NCBI GenBank assembly: GCA_964012805.1
Contig: CAXGUD010000011.1
Location: forward strand, 32,001 to 96,000
DNA length: 64,000 nt
Source: an uncultured Bacteriovoracaceae bacterium
GTDB taxonomy: Bacteria; Bdellovibrionota; Bacteriovoracia; Bacteriovoracales; Bacteriovoracaceae
Direction: 5' to 3'
Shown here: piece by piece, positions 20,764 through 29,833 of the stretch
How positions within the stretch are numbered: position 1 is the stretch's first letter
Layout: each line of letters starts with the position of its first letter
Translations under genes and position numbers: made by a program
The notes under the pieces: model-generated
What the model was told of the DNA's origin: nothing
The model's database searches: none
The model's input: the letters and a program-made list of their open reading frames with translations, nothing else

Positions 20764-21642
20764 ATGGTGGATAAGGTCAATGATGACTTTTCTGAGGGCC
20801 AGTTCATAAAGATCAAAGAGGCGGAGGTTAAAAAAAAGTTCTCCGAAGTGGCAATCCAAAAAGGTCATGTTAAAGCATGGGAAAGTGGTAAAGAAAAAGC
20901 ACTAGATTGTGTCCTAGATTCTTTAGAGGATGCAGAAAAAGAAGAGTCTATAAAAATTACTCTAAAAATGAAAGAAGAAGCCAGTGTTAAAGACCTTAGA
21001 GGTAAGGAATTATTTATTTATTTTTCTATAAAGAAATCTAAGTTTTTTTCCAAAGGGCGTGTAGAGAGTATTGAAAATGATACCAACCTCAAACTTGCTT
21101 TAGATGGTGATTTATATAAGTTAGATCAAAGAAGATCAAAGAGGATTACAACTTTTCCAAGTCATCGAGTCTACTCTTACATAAAAATACAAGAAGGTAG
21201 TGGAGCAGAGGTCATTCATCTCAATAGACCTAAGGACCATCTCCATAATTTTTTTAAAAATTTCCAAAAGCAGGTATTGCATAGTCAGTTTAATAGTTCA
21301 AATCCGCTAGAAAAAGACTTTATGGATGATTATATTGGTTTCAGAGTTCTTGACTTAAGTAATGATGGGCTTTCCTTCTTACTTAATCATATAGAGGCTG
21401 ATTATCTTAAAAAACTTAAAAAATCTTTTAAGATGATTCTAAATTTCAATGGAAAAGAGGACGTGATTGAAGATTGCTCTGTCAGTTATTTAATACCTTA
21501 TGTAAACTCTAGTCTTGGAAGCTTGTCCCTTTTTAAGGTAGGTTTAAGCTTTAAAAAAATTGAGGGGCTTATAGAAAGGCCAAAAGAAGAGGATCAAGAA
21601 ACTGGTGCCGATTTAGAACGCTTTGCAAGTTTTATGAAATGA
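20764..21642 (+). CDS. PilZ-type (putative c-di-GMP receptor) protein
   Basis: RxxxR (QRRSKR) and DxSxxG (DLSNDG) motifs, C-terminal KVGLSF; AAGGAGG SD. Confidence 0.7.
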   Translation: MVDKVNDDFSEGQFIKIKEAEVKKKFSEVAIQKGHVKAWESGKEKALDCVLDSLEDAEKEESIKITLKMKEEASVKDLRGKELFIYFSIKKSKFFSKGRVESIENDTNLKLALDGDLYKLDQRRSKRITTFPSHRVYSYIKIQEGSGAEVIHLNRPKDHLHNFFKNFQKQVLHSQFNSSNPLEKDFMDDYIGFRVLDLSNDGLSFLLNHIEADYLKKLKKSFKMILNFNGKEDVIEDCSVSYLIPYVNSSLGSLSLFKVGLSFKKIEGLIERPKEEDQETGADLERFASFMK

Positions 21643-22433
21643 AATTAACAAAAAAAGAGAGTCGCATTCTTTTTTTCTTGAATGGTTTTTTGAAACTAGT
21701 TCTTATTCCTTTAACATTATCCTGCTCATTCAATTCTAATTTAAAATTAAAAAAGCCAAAGTCAAAAAAAGAAAAATTTACATTTTCAGATACAACAGGA
21801 AAATTTTCGGTTCTTCGAAGATCTGGTTTAAGTTCCTCTAAAGAGTTCGTTACAAAAGAAGAGCTGTTTCCGTATAACAAATGGGAAGAGCCAGTTCTAG
21901 AAAAGGGAATAATGATTTCATCATATTCTAAGTATAATGAGAAAATTCCAGTTATGATTCCTAAAGTATCTCAAAGAGTTTTTTGGTTTGATAAAAAAAA
22001 ATATTTTACTGAATCAAAACTTTATATGGATAGAAAGGAAGCAAGATTTAGGTGGAGAAGTCCATCAGATAAAAATTTGAATAAGAAGATAGTTAAGCTT
22101 GATAGTGAAAGAAAGTTATATTGTTTTTTTGGTCAGCTAACTGATTGCATAAAAAAAACAGGCTTTTTTAAAAAATCAAAAGCTAAAAAAAGTGGCGTGG
22201 TTTATCTTTCCATTATTTTTGATGGCTATCCATTTTTTAATGAACAGTTTGGCATACTAAAAAGTAGTCCAATTTTAGAGTCGGATTTCTCTTTCGAAAA
22301 AGAAATGGAGAATGGGAATGTGCGCTATTCACTCTCTTTTTTGGATCAAAAAATAACCTATTTTGTTGATGGTGAAGGGAATTTAATAGACAAGTTTTGG
22401 ATATCTCAGGGATTATCTTTAAAGAAGATTTAA
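21639..22433 (+). CDS. Hypothetical Lys-rich lipoprotein
   Basis: Hydrophobic N-terminus ending LTLSC; ATGA overlap with the upstream gene. Confidence 0.6.
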   Translation: MKLTKKESRILFFLNGFLKLVLIPLTLSCSFNSNLKLKKPKSKKEKFTFSDTTGKFSVLRRSGLSSSKEFVTKEELFPYNKWEEPVLEKGIMISSYSKYNEKIPVMIPKVSQRVFWFDKKKYFTESKLYMDRKEARFRWRSPSDKNLNKKIVKLDSERKLYCFFGQLTDCIKKTGFFKKSKAKKSGVVYLSIIFDGYPFFNEQFGILKSSPILESDFSFEKEMENGNVRYSLSFLDQKITYFVDGEGNLIDKFWISQGLSLKKI

Positions 22434-22459
22434 AAATTGAAAAAGGAAGATGAAAAAGA

Positions 22460-23374
22460 GTGGTAAATCAAAAGAAAGTTGTAAATTTAACTTTGACGTG
22501 TTTTCTAACATTAGTAGCTATTTTCTTCCTTGTAAGGATGGCACCTGGAGATCCTGTAGAGAGATTGTTGGGACCAGAAGCAACTTACGAGGAAATACAA
22601 AACTATAGAAATGACTTAGGGTTAAATGATACAATTTTAATTCAGTTTAAAACATTCTTTTTAAATACGCTTAAAGGAGACTTGGGAAAATCTCTTTTTA
22701 AAAGAAAAGATGTCATGACCCTTCTTTCAAAGCATTTTAAACCAACTCTTGTTATAGCCTTTTTTACGATAATTATTAGTAGTTTTTGTGGCATAACTTT
22801 TGGGTTAATTTCGGCTGTATACAAATCCAGAAAGCCAGACCATATGTTAAGACTTTTTTCAATATTTGCCCTTTCCTTCCCAATCTTTTCTTTGGGTCCA
22901 ATCCTAGTCTATATATTTTCAATAAAATTGCAGGCCTTTCCTGTTTCGGAATGGGGCGATGGAGGGTTTAAACATCTTTTTCTTCCAGTTATGACTTTAG
23001 TTATTCCCTTAAGTTCAGTTTTATCAAGATTCACTAGAAATAAATTTTTAGAAGAAATGAAGGCCCAGTGGATAGAAATATTGAAAGCTAAAGGTTTATC
23101 AACCTTTTCAATAAATTTAAGAGTGTTAAAAGTCTGCGCACCATCACTATTAAATGTTATTGCAATACAGTTATCTGTTATTTTGGCAGGTACGATGGTT
23201 ACAGAGACAATTTTTGATATACCAGGGATGGGCTCTTTATTGTTAGAAGCTATTCAGAATAGAGATTATCCCATAGTCCAAGGAGTCATATTATATTCGA
23301 CATTAATTTACATGGTTATTTATTTTTTAACGGATTATTTGGCACAAAAGTGTGATCCAAGGATTAGTAATTAG
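22460..23374 (+). CDS. Peptide/nickel ABC transporter permease (DppB/OppB-like)
   Basis: APGDPV, GDLGKS, LKAKGL (EAA-loop variant), ETIFDIPGMG, RDYPIVQG, DPRI. Confidence 0.92.
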   Translation: MVNQKKVVNLTLTCFLTLVAIFFLVRMAPGDPVERLLGPEATYEEIQNYRNDLGLNDTILIQFKTFFLNTLKGDLGKSLFKRKDVMTLLSKHFKPTLVIAFFTIIISSFCGITFGLISAVYKSRKPDHMLRLFSIFALSFPIFSLGPILVYIFSIKLQAFPVSEWGDGGFKHLFLPVMTLVIPLSSVLSRFTRNKFLEEMKAQWIEILKAKGLSTFSINLRVLKVCAPSLLNVIAIQLSVILAGTMVTETIFDIPGMGSLLLEAIQNRDYPIVQGVILYSTLIYMVIYFLTDYLAQKCDPRISN

Positions 23375-23375
23375 T

Positions 23376-24221
23376 ATGAAATTAAAAAGTCTTAAATTAA
23401 AAAAAAATGGAGAGCTCCTAATCGGAGGAGGAATTTGTAGCATATTTTTTTTATGGTCTCTTGGATGGTTTATTTATTCAACTATGATAAATGGATCCTT
23501 TAAAAATCCTTTTGTTCCAAAAATGGATATGAAGTATGAATTGATCTTACCTTTTCAAGAAAAGTTTTTTATGGGAACAGATGTTTATGGCAGATCGCTT
23601 TTTGAAGTTATATCATCTGGGGTTTCATATTCCATATTAATTTCATTAACAGTAAGCTTTTTTGCATCAGTAATTGGCTTAATAATAGGATATTTTTCAG
23701 TTTCTGGAAGTAATACTGTAAAAAAGCTATTTGATTTCATGACTAATTTTGTATTTATTTTACCAAGCCTTTTACTTGCAATATTATTAATGTCTTTTTC
23801 AGGTCAGTCCTTATTAGGTCTTATACTAGTATTAGTTTTAACTGGCTGGCCTTCTTATGCAAAACTAGCGAGAGGAGAAACAAAAAGAATTATGGGCTTG
23901 TGTTATTTAGAAGGTGCAAGGGCCATGGGGGCAACACGCTTAAGAATAATGTTAAAAGTTATTTTTCCAGAAATATTGCCTGTTTTTGTTGTTAATATAA
24001 TTTTAGGACTTAGTGGGGTTATAATTAGTGAGGCAACTCTTGGATTCTTGGGGCTTGGAGGAAGTGAGTATTCATGGGGTGTCTTATTATCTATGGGTAA
24101 AGACGTTTTATTAGAAGGTCCACATATTGTTATTATTTCAAGCATGGTGCTGGGGTTATTGATAATAGGCCTTAATTTTTTTGGAGACGGTTTAAGAGAT
24201 TATTTAGATCCAAAGAGCTAA
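23376..24221 (+). CDS. Peptide ABC transporter permease (DppC/OppC-like)
   Basis: MGTDVYGR, YLEGARAMGA, EATLGFLGLG, SWG, GDGLRDYLDPK. Confidence 0.92.
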   Translation: MKLKSLKLKKNGELLIGGGICSIFFLWSLGWFIYSTMINGSFKNPFVPKMDMKYELILPFQEKFFMGTDVYGRSLFEVISSGVSYSILISLTVSFFASVIGLIIGYFSVSGSNTVKKLFDFMTNFVFILPSLLLAILLMSFSGQSLLGLILVLVLTGWPSYAKLARGETKRIMGLCYLEGARAMGATRLRIMLKVIFPEILPVFVVNIILGLSGVIISEATLGFLGLGGSEYSWGVLLSMGKDVLLEGPHIVIISSMVLGLLIIGLNFFGDGLRDYLDPKS

Positions 24222-24239
24222 AAGAATAAGGGATAAAAA

Positions 24240-25337
24240 ATGATTGATATAGGGCAACTTATTTTGATGGGCATTGAGGGAAAAAGCCTTCTCCCGGAAG
24301 AAGCAGATTTCATTAAAAAAGAAAATATTGGTGGAATAATCTTATTTTCAAAAAATTATGAAGACCCAGTCCAATTAGCACAACTCGTAAACTCTATTCA
24401 GAAACTTAGAAAGGATTATCCACTCTTCATATCTGTTGATCATGAAGGTGGAAGAGTTATTCGATTTAGAGATCATTTTACGCAATTTCCACCAATGCTA
24501 GATATTGCTAAGCTTGATTCTCCCAAGTGTTTTTATTCTCTTTCTAAAATTATGGCAGAGGAGCTTTTGTTATGTGGAGTAAACTTCAACTTTTCTCCTT
24601 GCTGCGATATTTTGACCAATGAAAAAAATATTGTCATAGGTAATAGGGCTTTTGGAAAGGACTCCGAAACTGTTTCAAAATTTATATCCTCTGCAATAAG
24701 GGGTTTTCAAACTAATGGTATGGTGGCATGTGCGAAACATTTCCCAGGCCATGGATCAACTTATAAAGATTCTCATTTTGATTTACCTGAAATTGGAAAA
24801 AGTTTAGATGAGTTGAGAGGCAAAGAGTTTTTACCCTTTAAAAAAGCTATAAAATCTAGGGTGGAGTTCATAATGATGGGTCACCTTTTAATCCCTACCG
24901 TAGATCCATCTTTCCCAGCATCATTGAGTAAAAAATGGCACGATATTTTGAGAAAAGAGTTAAAGTTCGATAAATTGATCATTAGTGATGATTTACAAAT
25001 GGAAGCGATTACGAAGCATTTTACTTTAGAAGAAGCTTCAACAACGGCTTTGGATGCTGGTTCAGATATATTAATTTATCGTGATTTTGAACATGCACAA
25101 AAAGGTCATCAAGCAATTATCGAAGGCTTAAAAGAGAAAAAGTTGAACTCTGGTCAGATTTATGAAAAGAATAAACGAATTCTTGACTGTAAGAAGAGGT
25201 TTTTTAAAGAATATAAGCCTGTTTATGTGAAGGGTATCGAGAAAAAATTAAATATTGAATCTACAAAAACTTTTTTGAAAGATATAACAGCTAAAATTTC
25301 TACAAAGGCACAAGATAGTAACATAGAAGCTTATTAA
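24240..25337 (+). CDS. nagZ: Beta-N-acetylhexosaminidase (GH3)
   Basis: GGIILF, VDHEGGRV, KHFPGHG..DSH, SDDLQM. Confidence 0.93.
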   Translation: MIDIGQLILMGIEGKSLLPEEADFIKKENIGGIILFSKNYEDPVQLAQLVNSIQKLRKDYPLFISVDHEGGRVIRFRDHFTQFPPMLDIAKLDSPKCFYSLSKIMAEELLLCGVNFNFSPCCDILTNEKNIVIGNRAFGKDSETVSKFISSAIRGFQTNGMVACAKHFPGHGSTYKDSHFDLPEIGKSLDELRGKEFLPFKKAIKSRVEFIMMGHLLIPTVDPSFPASLSKKWHDILRKELKFDKLIISDDLQMEAITKHFTLEEASTTALDAGSDILIYRDFEHAQKGHQAIIEGLKEKKLNSGQIYEKNKRILDCKKRFFKEYKPVYVKGIEKKLNIESTKTFLKDITAKISTKAQDSNIEAY

Positions 25338-25480
25338 AAATCTCTATTTTCTAGTACCTTCAATAAGTTGACTTTATTCGTTTTTAGGAAAAATATTCTG
25401 TAAGAAGTTTTTCCTGTCTAATTCTTTTTTTTGTTATCCTAGAGTATGGGACTCTTTGCATATTGAAAGGAACCCCATAC

Positions 25481-26944
25481 ATGAATCTAGAAAATATTTT
25501 AACCAAATTAATAAGAGTCTTTTTAGTTCTGATTCTTCTCTTTCCTATTTTTGAATCCTATGGTTCATCTGACTTAGATGATGAAGAAAAATCAATAAAA
25601 GAAGAGTGTAAAAAAGGAAATGAAAGAGAGTGCTACAAGTTAGCAAGTTTTTATGAACAATATGGCTACAAGGTAAAGGTAGAAAAAAGACTTGTAAGAA
25701 GTAAAAAAAGGGGAATAAGGGAAGCATTAAAAATATATAAAAAACAGTGTGATGAACTTGGTATTGAAAATAATAATGGTTATAAGAGTTGTCAAAAATT
25801 GGAAGGAGGAACAAAAGAGATTTTTATTGGGGTTACTTATAAAGGTGCAAGAAAGAGGTATATAGATCAGTGTAGAAATAATATATTATCTGGCTGCTAT
25901 AATCTTGGCTTAGTCTATGAAAAGGGTCAGAAATTAAAAAAAGCAAAAAAATTATTCTTAAGAGCGTGTCCAGATCCTAACTTTGAATACAAACCTGGTT
26001 ATGTTAGGTCGGCTTGTACAAAGCTGAAAGGAGAAGAGTCTTCATGGAAAGTTTTTTATGGAGCTGTTATTTTAGCTGGAGTATCAATTTTTATTATTGC
26101 GATTAGCATTTTTAAGGATGAGGGTGAATATCAGGCTACAGAACAAGGTGATGAGAGTGGAAAAAAAGAAGAAGTAGAAGATCATGGAATTATATTAAGA
26201 TACTCGAGACCTTTTTTTAAACGGTATATCTCACCGATTGTATCTTCAATGAAAGGTAAAAGAAAAATAAGAGACAAATATAGACAGAAATTAGCTAGCT
26301 CAGGCCTTTCTGATTATTTAACCCCAGAAGATTTTTTATCCTTCAAGTTATTTTTAATTGTTGGATTTCCTATCCTTTTTTTAATTTTAAGGACATTTTT
26401 AGAGGGAGATTGGCCTCTGACCTTAGTACCACTTGTTTCTTTTGCTGGATTTGTTTATCCAGATATGTGGATTAATGGAAAAATAGATCAGCGGCAAAAA
26501 GATGTTATAATGGCGATGCCCTTTTCCGTTGATATGATGGCTCTTTCTGTTGAAGCAGGTTTAGATTTTGCAGCAGCTATTACTAAAGTAGTTGAAAAAG
26601 CAAAAAAAAGTCCATTGAATGATGAATTAATGACTTTTTTAAAAGAAATAAAAGTAGGAGCAAGTAGAGCTGAAGCTTTGAGAAATTTAGCTTGGAGAAT
26701 TGATTTAATACAAATGTCATCATTCTGTGCGACACTTATAGCAGCAGATTCTGTTGGGGCTTCTATAGGCCCGATTTTAAAAAATTTATCGAATGAAATA
26801 AGACAAAAAAAATCAGCTCAAGTTGAAAAAGATGGAGCTACTGCAGCTACAAAAATTCTTTTTCCAATGCTTTTCATAATTGTACCCGCAGTTTTTATTA
26901 CAGTTGGAGCACCTTTGGCCCTACAAATGTTTATGGGAAGATAA
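25481..26944 (+). CDS. TadC-like type II secretion system F-family protein with N-terminal exported Sel1-like Cys-rich domain
   Basis: C-terminal half has MPFSVDMMALSVEAGLDF, GASRAEALRNL, GASIGPIL, KILFPM. N-terminus has a signal-like segment and repeats such as GCYNLGLVYEKG. Confidence 0.85.
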   Translation: MNLENILTKLIRVFLVLILLFPIFESYGSSDLDDEEKSIKEECKKGNERECYKLASFYEQYGYKVKVEKRLVRSKKRGIREALKIYKKQCDELGIENNNGYKSCQKLEGGTKEIFIGVTYKGARKRYIDQCRNNILSGCYNLGLVYEKGQKLKKAKKLFLRACPDPNFEYKPGYVRSACTKLKGEESSWKVFYGAVILAGVSIFIIAISIFKDEGEYQATEQGDESGKKEEVEDHGIILRYSRPFFKRYISPIVSSMKGKRKIRDKYRQKLASSGLSDYLTPEDFLSFKLFLIVGFPILFLILRTFLEGDWPLTLVPLVSFAGFVYPDMWINGKIDQRQKDVIMAMPFSVDMMALSVEAGLDFAAAITKVVEKAKKSPLNDELMTFLKEIKVGASRAEALRNLAWRIDLIQMSSFCATLIAADSVGASIGPILKNLSNEIRQKKSAQVEKDGATAATKILFPMLFIIVPAVFITVGAPLALQMFMGR

Positions 26945-27297
26945 TGGTTAAGCTAGTATGCAAAGATAAAAATATGATTTTAGGAGAGAAGGTTTTTATT
27001 GCCTCATCTTTTTTTGAAAGATTAAAGGGACTGATGTTTGACGATAAATTAGGGAAGGATTTTGATGGAATGTTAATAAAACATTGTAACTCTATTCATA
27101 CTTTCTTTATGAATTATGAAATTGATGTCCTATTTTTGAATAGAAATTTAGAGGTAATTAAAATACTTAGAGAAATTAAACCTTGGAGAATAACTAAAAT
27201 ATATTTTAGTGCGAGCCAAGTTTTAGAATTAAAAGGAGGAAGTTTGTCTTCAAAAATAGTTGAAGGTGATCTTTTGGAAGAAGTATGTATAAATTAG
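26944..27297 (+). CDS. DUF192 family protein
   Basis: ASSFFERLKGLM, CNSIHTFFM..IDVLFL, VLEL. Confidence 0.88.
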   Translation: MVKLVCKDKNMILGEKVFIASSFFERLKGLMFDDKLGKDFDGMLIKHCNSIHTFFMNYEIDVLFLNRNLEVIKILREIKPWRITKIYFSASQVLELKGGSLSSKIVEGDLLEEVCIN

Positions 27298-28841
27298 TTT
27301 CTATAGCAGGGCCTTTAAGAGGAAAAGAATACGATTTAAATGAGGGTTCTAACCTTATAGGTCGTAATGATGATTGTGATATTATTATTGAAAATCAAGG
27401 CATTTCAAAAAAACATTTTAATATAACTGTGACGGGTGATTTCGCTTACTTAAAGGATTTAGATAGTTCTAATGGGACATTTTTAAATGGAAAGTTATTT
27501 CAAAGTGGAACTATTAAAAATGGTGACAGAATCGCTCTTCCTGACAATATACTTCAAGTAGTTCATGTAGAAGAAAGAAAGATAATAATTAAAAAGAAAT
27601 TAACAGATGGTGATGCCGGACAAAGTGAAGATGATATTTTTAAAGGAGGTGAGACTCCTAATGCTTTACCAGATAAATTAATTCATATTTTTAAATATAG
27701 AATTATGAATTTTATCCACGGCATAAATGAAGAATATGAGTGGAGGATTTTATTAGGAATATTGATTTTTGCTTTTTCAGTTTTAATTATATCCGTATCA
27801 ATATTCCCTGTATTAAGAACTACTCAAGCTATAATTTTAGAAGAAACCAAAAAAAGGGGACGGCATTTTGCGGAAGAAGTGGCCCGTATTAATAAAAATG
27901 CCTTAGCAAGAAAAAATTTAGATAGGATAGATACAGCATTTCTTAATGATGAAAAAGAAGTTGTCTACGAGTTGATGGATTTAGAGGGAAGAATCGTAAA
28001 CCCTTTAAGTAAAAGAAATACCTATACGAATGATACATTTTCATTGAGAGCTAAAGAGGAGATGGAAAAAACTGGAAGAAATACTTTTTTTAAAAATGAT
28101 TTAGGAGGAGGTGTTATTGGTGTTGCTCAAAGAATTAGAGCAATAAATACGAAAACAGGAGGATCTGAGGCTGTAGGAATGATTGCACTTAAGTTTACTT
28201 CTGAGTCTCTATCAAATCGAGAAGCTAAAGACAGAGTTGCTTATATGGAGGCTTTGGCAATATCAATCGGTTTATGTGTGGTTTTTTTTGGTTTTATTTA
28301 CTTTTTAACTTTAAGACCAATTGAGGAGATAAGGTTTTTAACGGAAGAAGGTATGAAGGGAAAAGTAAGAAATGTCGAAGGCAAGTATCTAATGAATGAA
28401 TTGAATATTCTAAAAAATTCAATTAACACTCTTCTTCATCGAAACCGAGAGCTTTCTAATGAAGGTGGTGATGAATTTGCCGAAGTTGAAAGTGATGAAG
28501 CTTATGTTCAAAGTCTTAGAGAAATATTAGTAGGTGCTGGTGTGCCTGCACTAATATTAAATTCAGAAAAAAACTTAATGAATATAAATACGGAAGCGGA
28601 AGATCTATGTGGAATTAGAGAGAATACATCACAAGGTATGAGTCTATTAGATGTATCGCGAGAAAAAGGGTTTGCAGCAACAATTATTGAGTTATGTGAT
28701 AATTCAGCAAGTAATAATGGATTAAGTCAAGATGGAATTTATGAGATAGGTGGTAATGATCATAATATATTCGTCTCTTCCTTAATGGGTAGGGATAATT
28801 ATGCAAAGGCATTTTATATCACTTTCATTAAAGAAAGCTAA
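27285..28841 (+). CDS. FHA domain membrane protein (FHA - TM - periplasmic domain - TM - HAMP-like - PAS-like)
   Basis: IGR...ISKKH...SSNGTFLNG; two hydrophobic helices; LTLRPIEEI; PALILNSE..LMNINTEAEDL. Confidence 0.8.
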   Translation: MYKLVSIAGPLRGKEYDLNEGSNLIGRNDDCDIIIENQGISKKHFNITVTGDFAYLKDLDSSNGTFLNGKLFQSGTIKNGDRIALPDNILQVVHVEERKIIIKKKLTDGDAGQSEDDIFKGGETPNALPDKLIHIFKYRIMNFIHGINEEYEWRILLGILIFAFSVLIISVSIFPVLRTTQAIILEETKKRGRHFAEEVARINKNALARKNLDRIDTAFLNDEKEVVYELMDLEGRIVNPLSKRNTYTNDTFSLRAKEEMEKTGRNTFFKNDLGGGVIGVAQRIRAINTKTGGSEAVGMIALKFTSESLSNREAKDRVAYMEALAISIGLCVVFFGFIYFLTLRPIEEIRFLTEEGMKGKVRNVEGKYLMNELNILKNSINTLLHRNRELSNEGGDEFAEVESDEAYVQSLREILVGAGVPALILNSEKNLMNINTEAEDLCGIRENTSQGMSLLDVSREKGFAATIIELCDNSASNNGLSQDGIYEIGGNDHNIFVSSLMGRDNYAKAFYITFIKES

Positions 28842-28849
28842 GTAATGTT

Positions 28850-29833
28850 ATGGCCGGAAAAACAGTTATTCTTAAAAAAGATTTCAAGCCTATATCTGTT
28901 TCAGGGAAACATCATAGGATTTTGTGCCTAACTGGAGTAAATAAAGGCTTTTCATACTATTTAAAAAGTAAAAGAATCTTAATGGGGAGGAGTAAAAGAG
29001 TAGATATTCCTGTTTTAGATCAGCAGTCTTCGAGAAAACACGCAGAATTAATTAAAATTGACGATTACTATGTTCTAACAGACTTAGGTTCACAAAATGG
29101 TTTGTATGTTGATGAGCATAAAATAATTCAACATAAATTAAGTGATGGAGAAAGGATTATAATAGGAAAAACTGCATTTCGCTATAATATAATAATCAAT
29201 AATGAAAACTATGAAGATGAAGATGAAGATGAATACGAAGATGAAGATGAGATCAATGAATTTAAAAATAATGAAGGAAGCTTAAAAGGCAGTAATAAAG
29301 ATAAAAAAAATAAAAAGATGCTGTTTGTTATAGTTGGACTGTTCTTGCTTTTTATGCTTCTGGACGACGAGGGAAAAGGTAAAAAAGGGAAAAAGAAAAA
29401 ATCAAAAAAGGGTGATGAGATAAGCAGTTTATTAAAGAAAAAAGAAAGTCGTAAAAGCTCAGATATTGAAAATAGGGTAGACATAATTTTAAAGAGAGGA
29501 TTAAGAGAGTATCGAGAAGGAAATTATTTTAGAGCAATTGCGGAGTTTAACTATGCTCTAATATTATCCCCTAATCATGCTAGATCTAGCTTCTATTTAA
29601 ATCGAGCAAAGCAAGATCTAGATAAGGAAATAAATGCAAACTTTGAAAGATCAAAGAGATCGCTTTCTTCACTTAAATACGGAGAAGCAATTGTAGCAAA
29701 CTGTGAAGTGACTAAATTTTTAAAAGGCTATGAATTAGATGACAGATACAAGGAAGCAATATCCAATTTGAATAAAATAAAAGTTAAACTAAATAAAGAT
29801 ATGAATGTAGACCTTTGTGGAGCCAAAAGGTGA
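28850..29833 (+). CDS. FHA domain - acidic linker - TM - TPR protein
   Basis: MGR...SSRKH...SQNGLYV; TM MLFVIVGLFLLFMLL; TPR RGLREYREGNYFRAIAEFNYALILSP. Confidence 0.82.
   Translation: MAGKTVILKKDFKPISVSGKHHRILCLTGVNKGFSYYLKSKRILMGRSKRVDIPVLDQQSSRKHAELIKIDDYYVLTDLGSQNGLYVDEHKIIQHKLSDGERIIIGKTAFRYNIIINNENYEDEDEDEYEDEDEINEFKNNEGSLKGSNKDKKNKKMLFVIVGLFLLFMLLDDEGKGKKGKKKKSKKGDEISSLLKKKESRKSSDIENRVDIILKRGLREYREGNYFRAIAEFNYALILSPNHARSSFYLNRAKQDLDKEINANFERSKRSLSSLKYGEAIVANCEVTKFLKGYELDDRYKEAISNLNKIKVKLNKDMNVDLCGAKR

Noticed and set aside
25463..25480. TTGAAA...CCCCAT as a sigma32 promoter
   Set aside because: Spacer is only 4 nt; better explained as SD plus hairpin arm.
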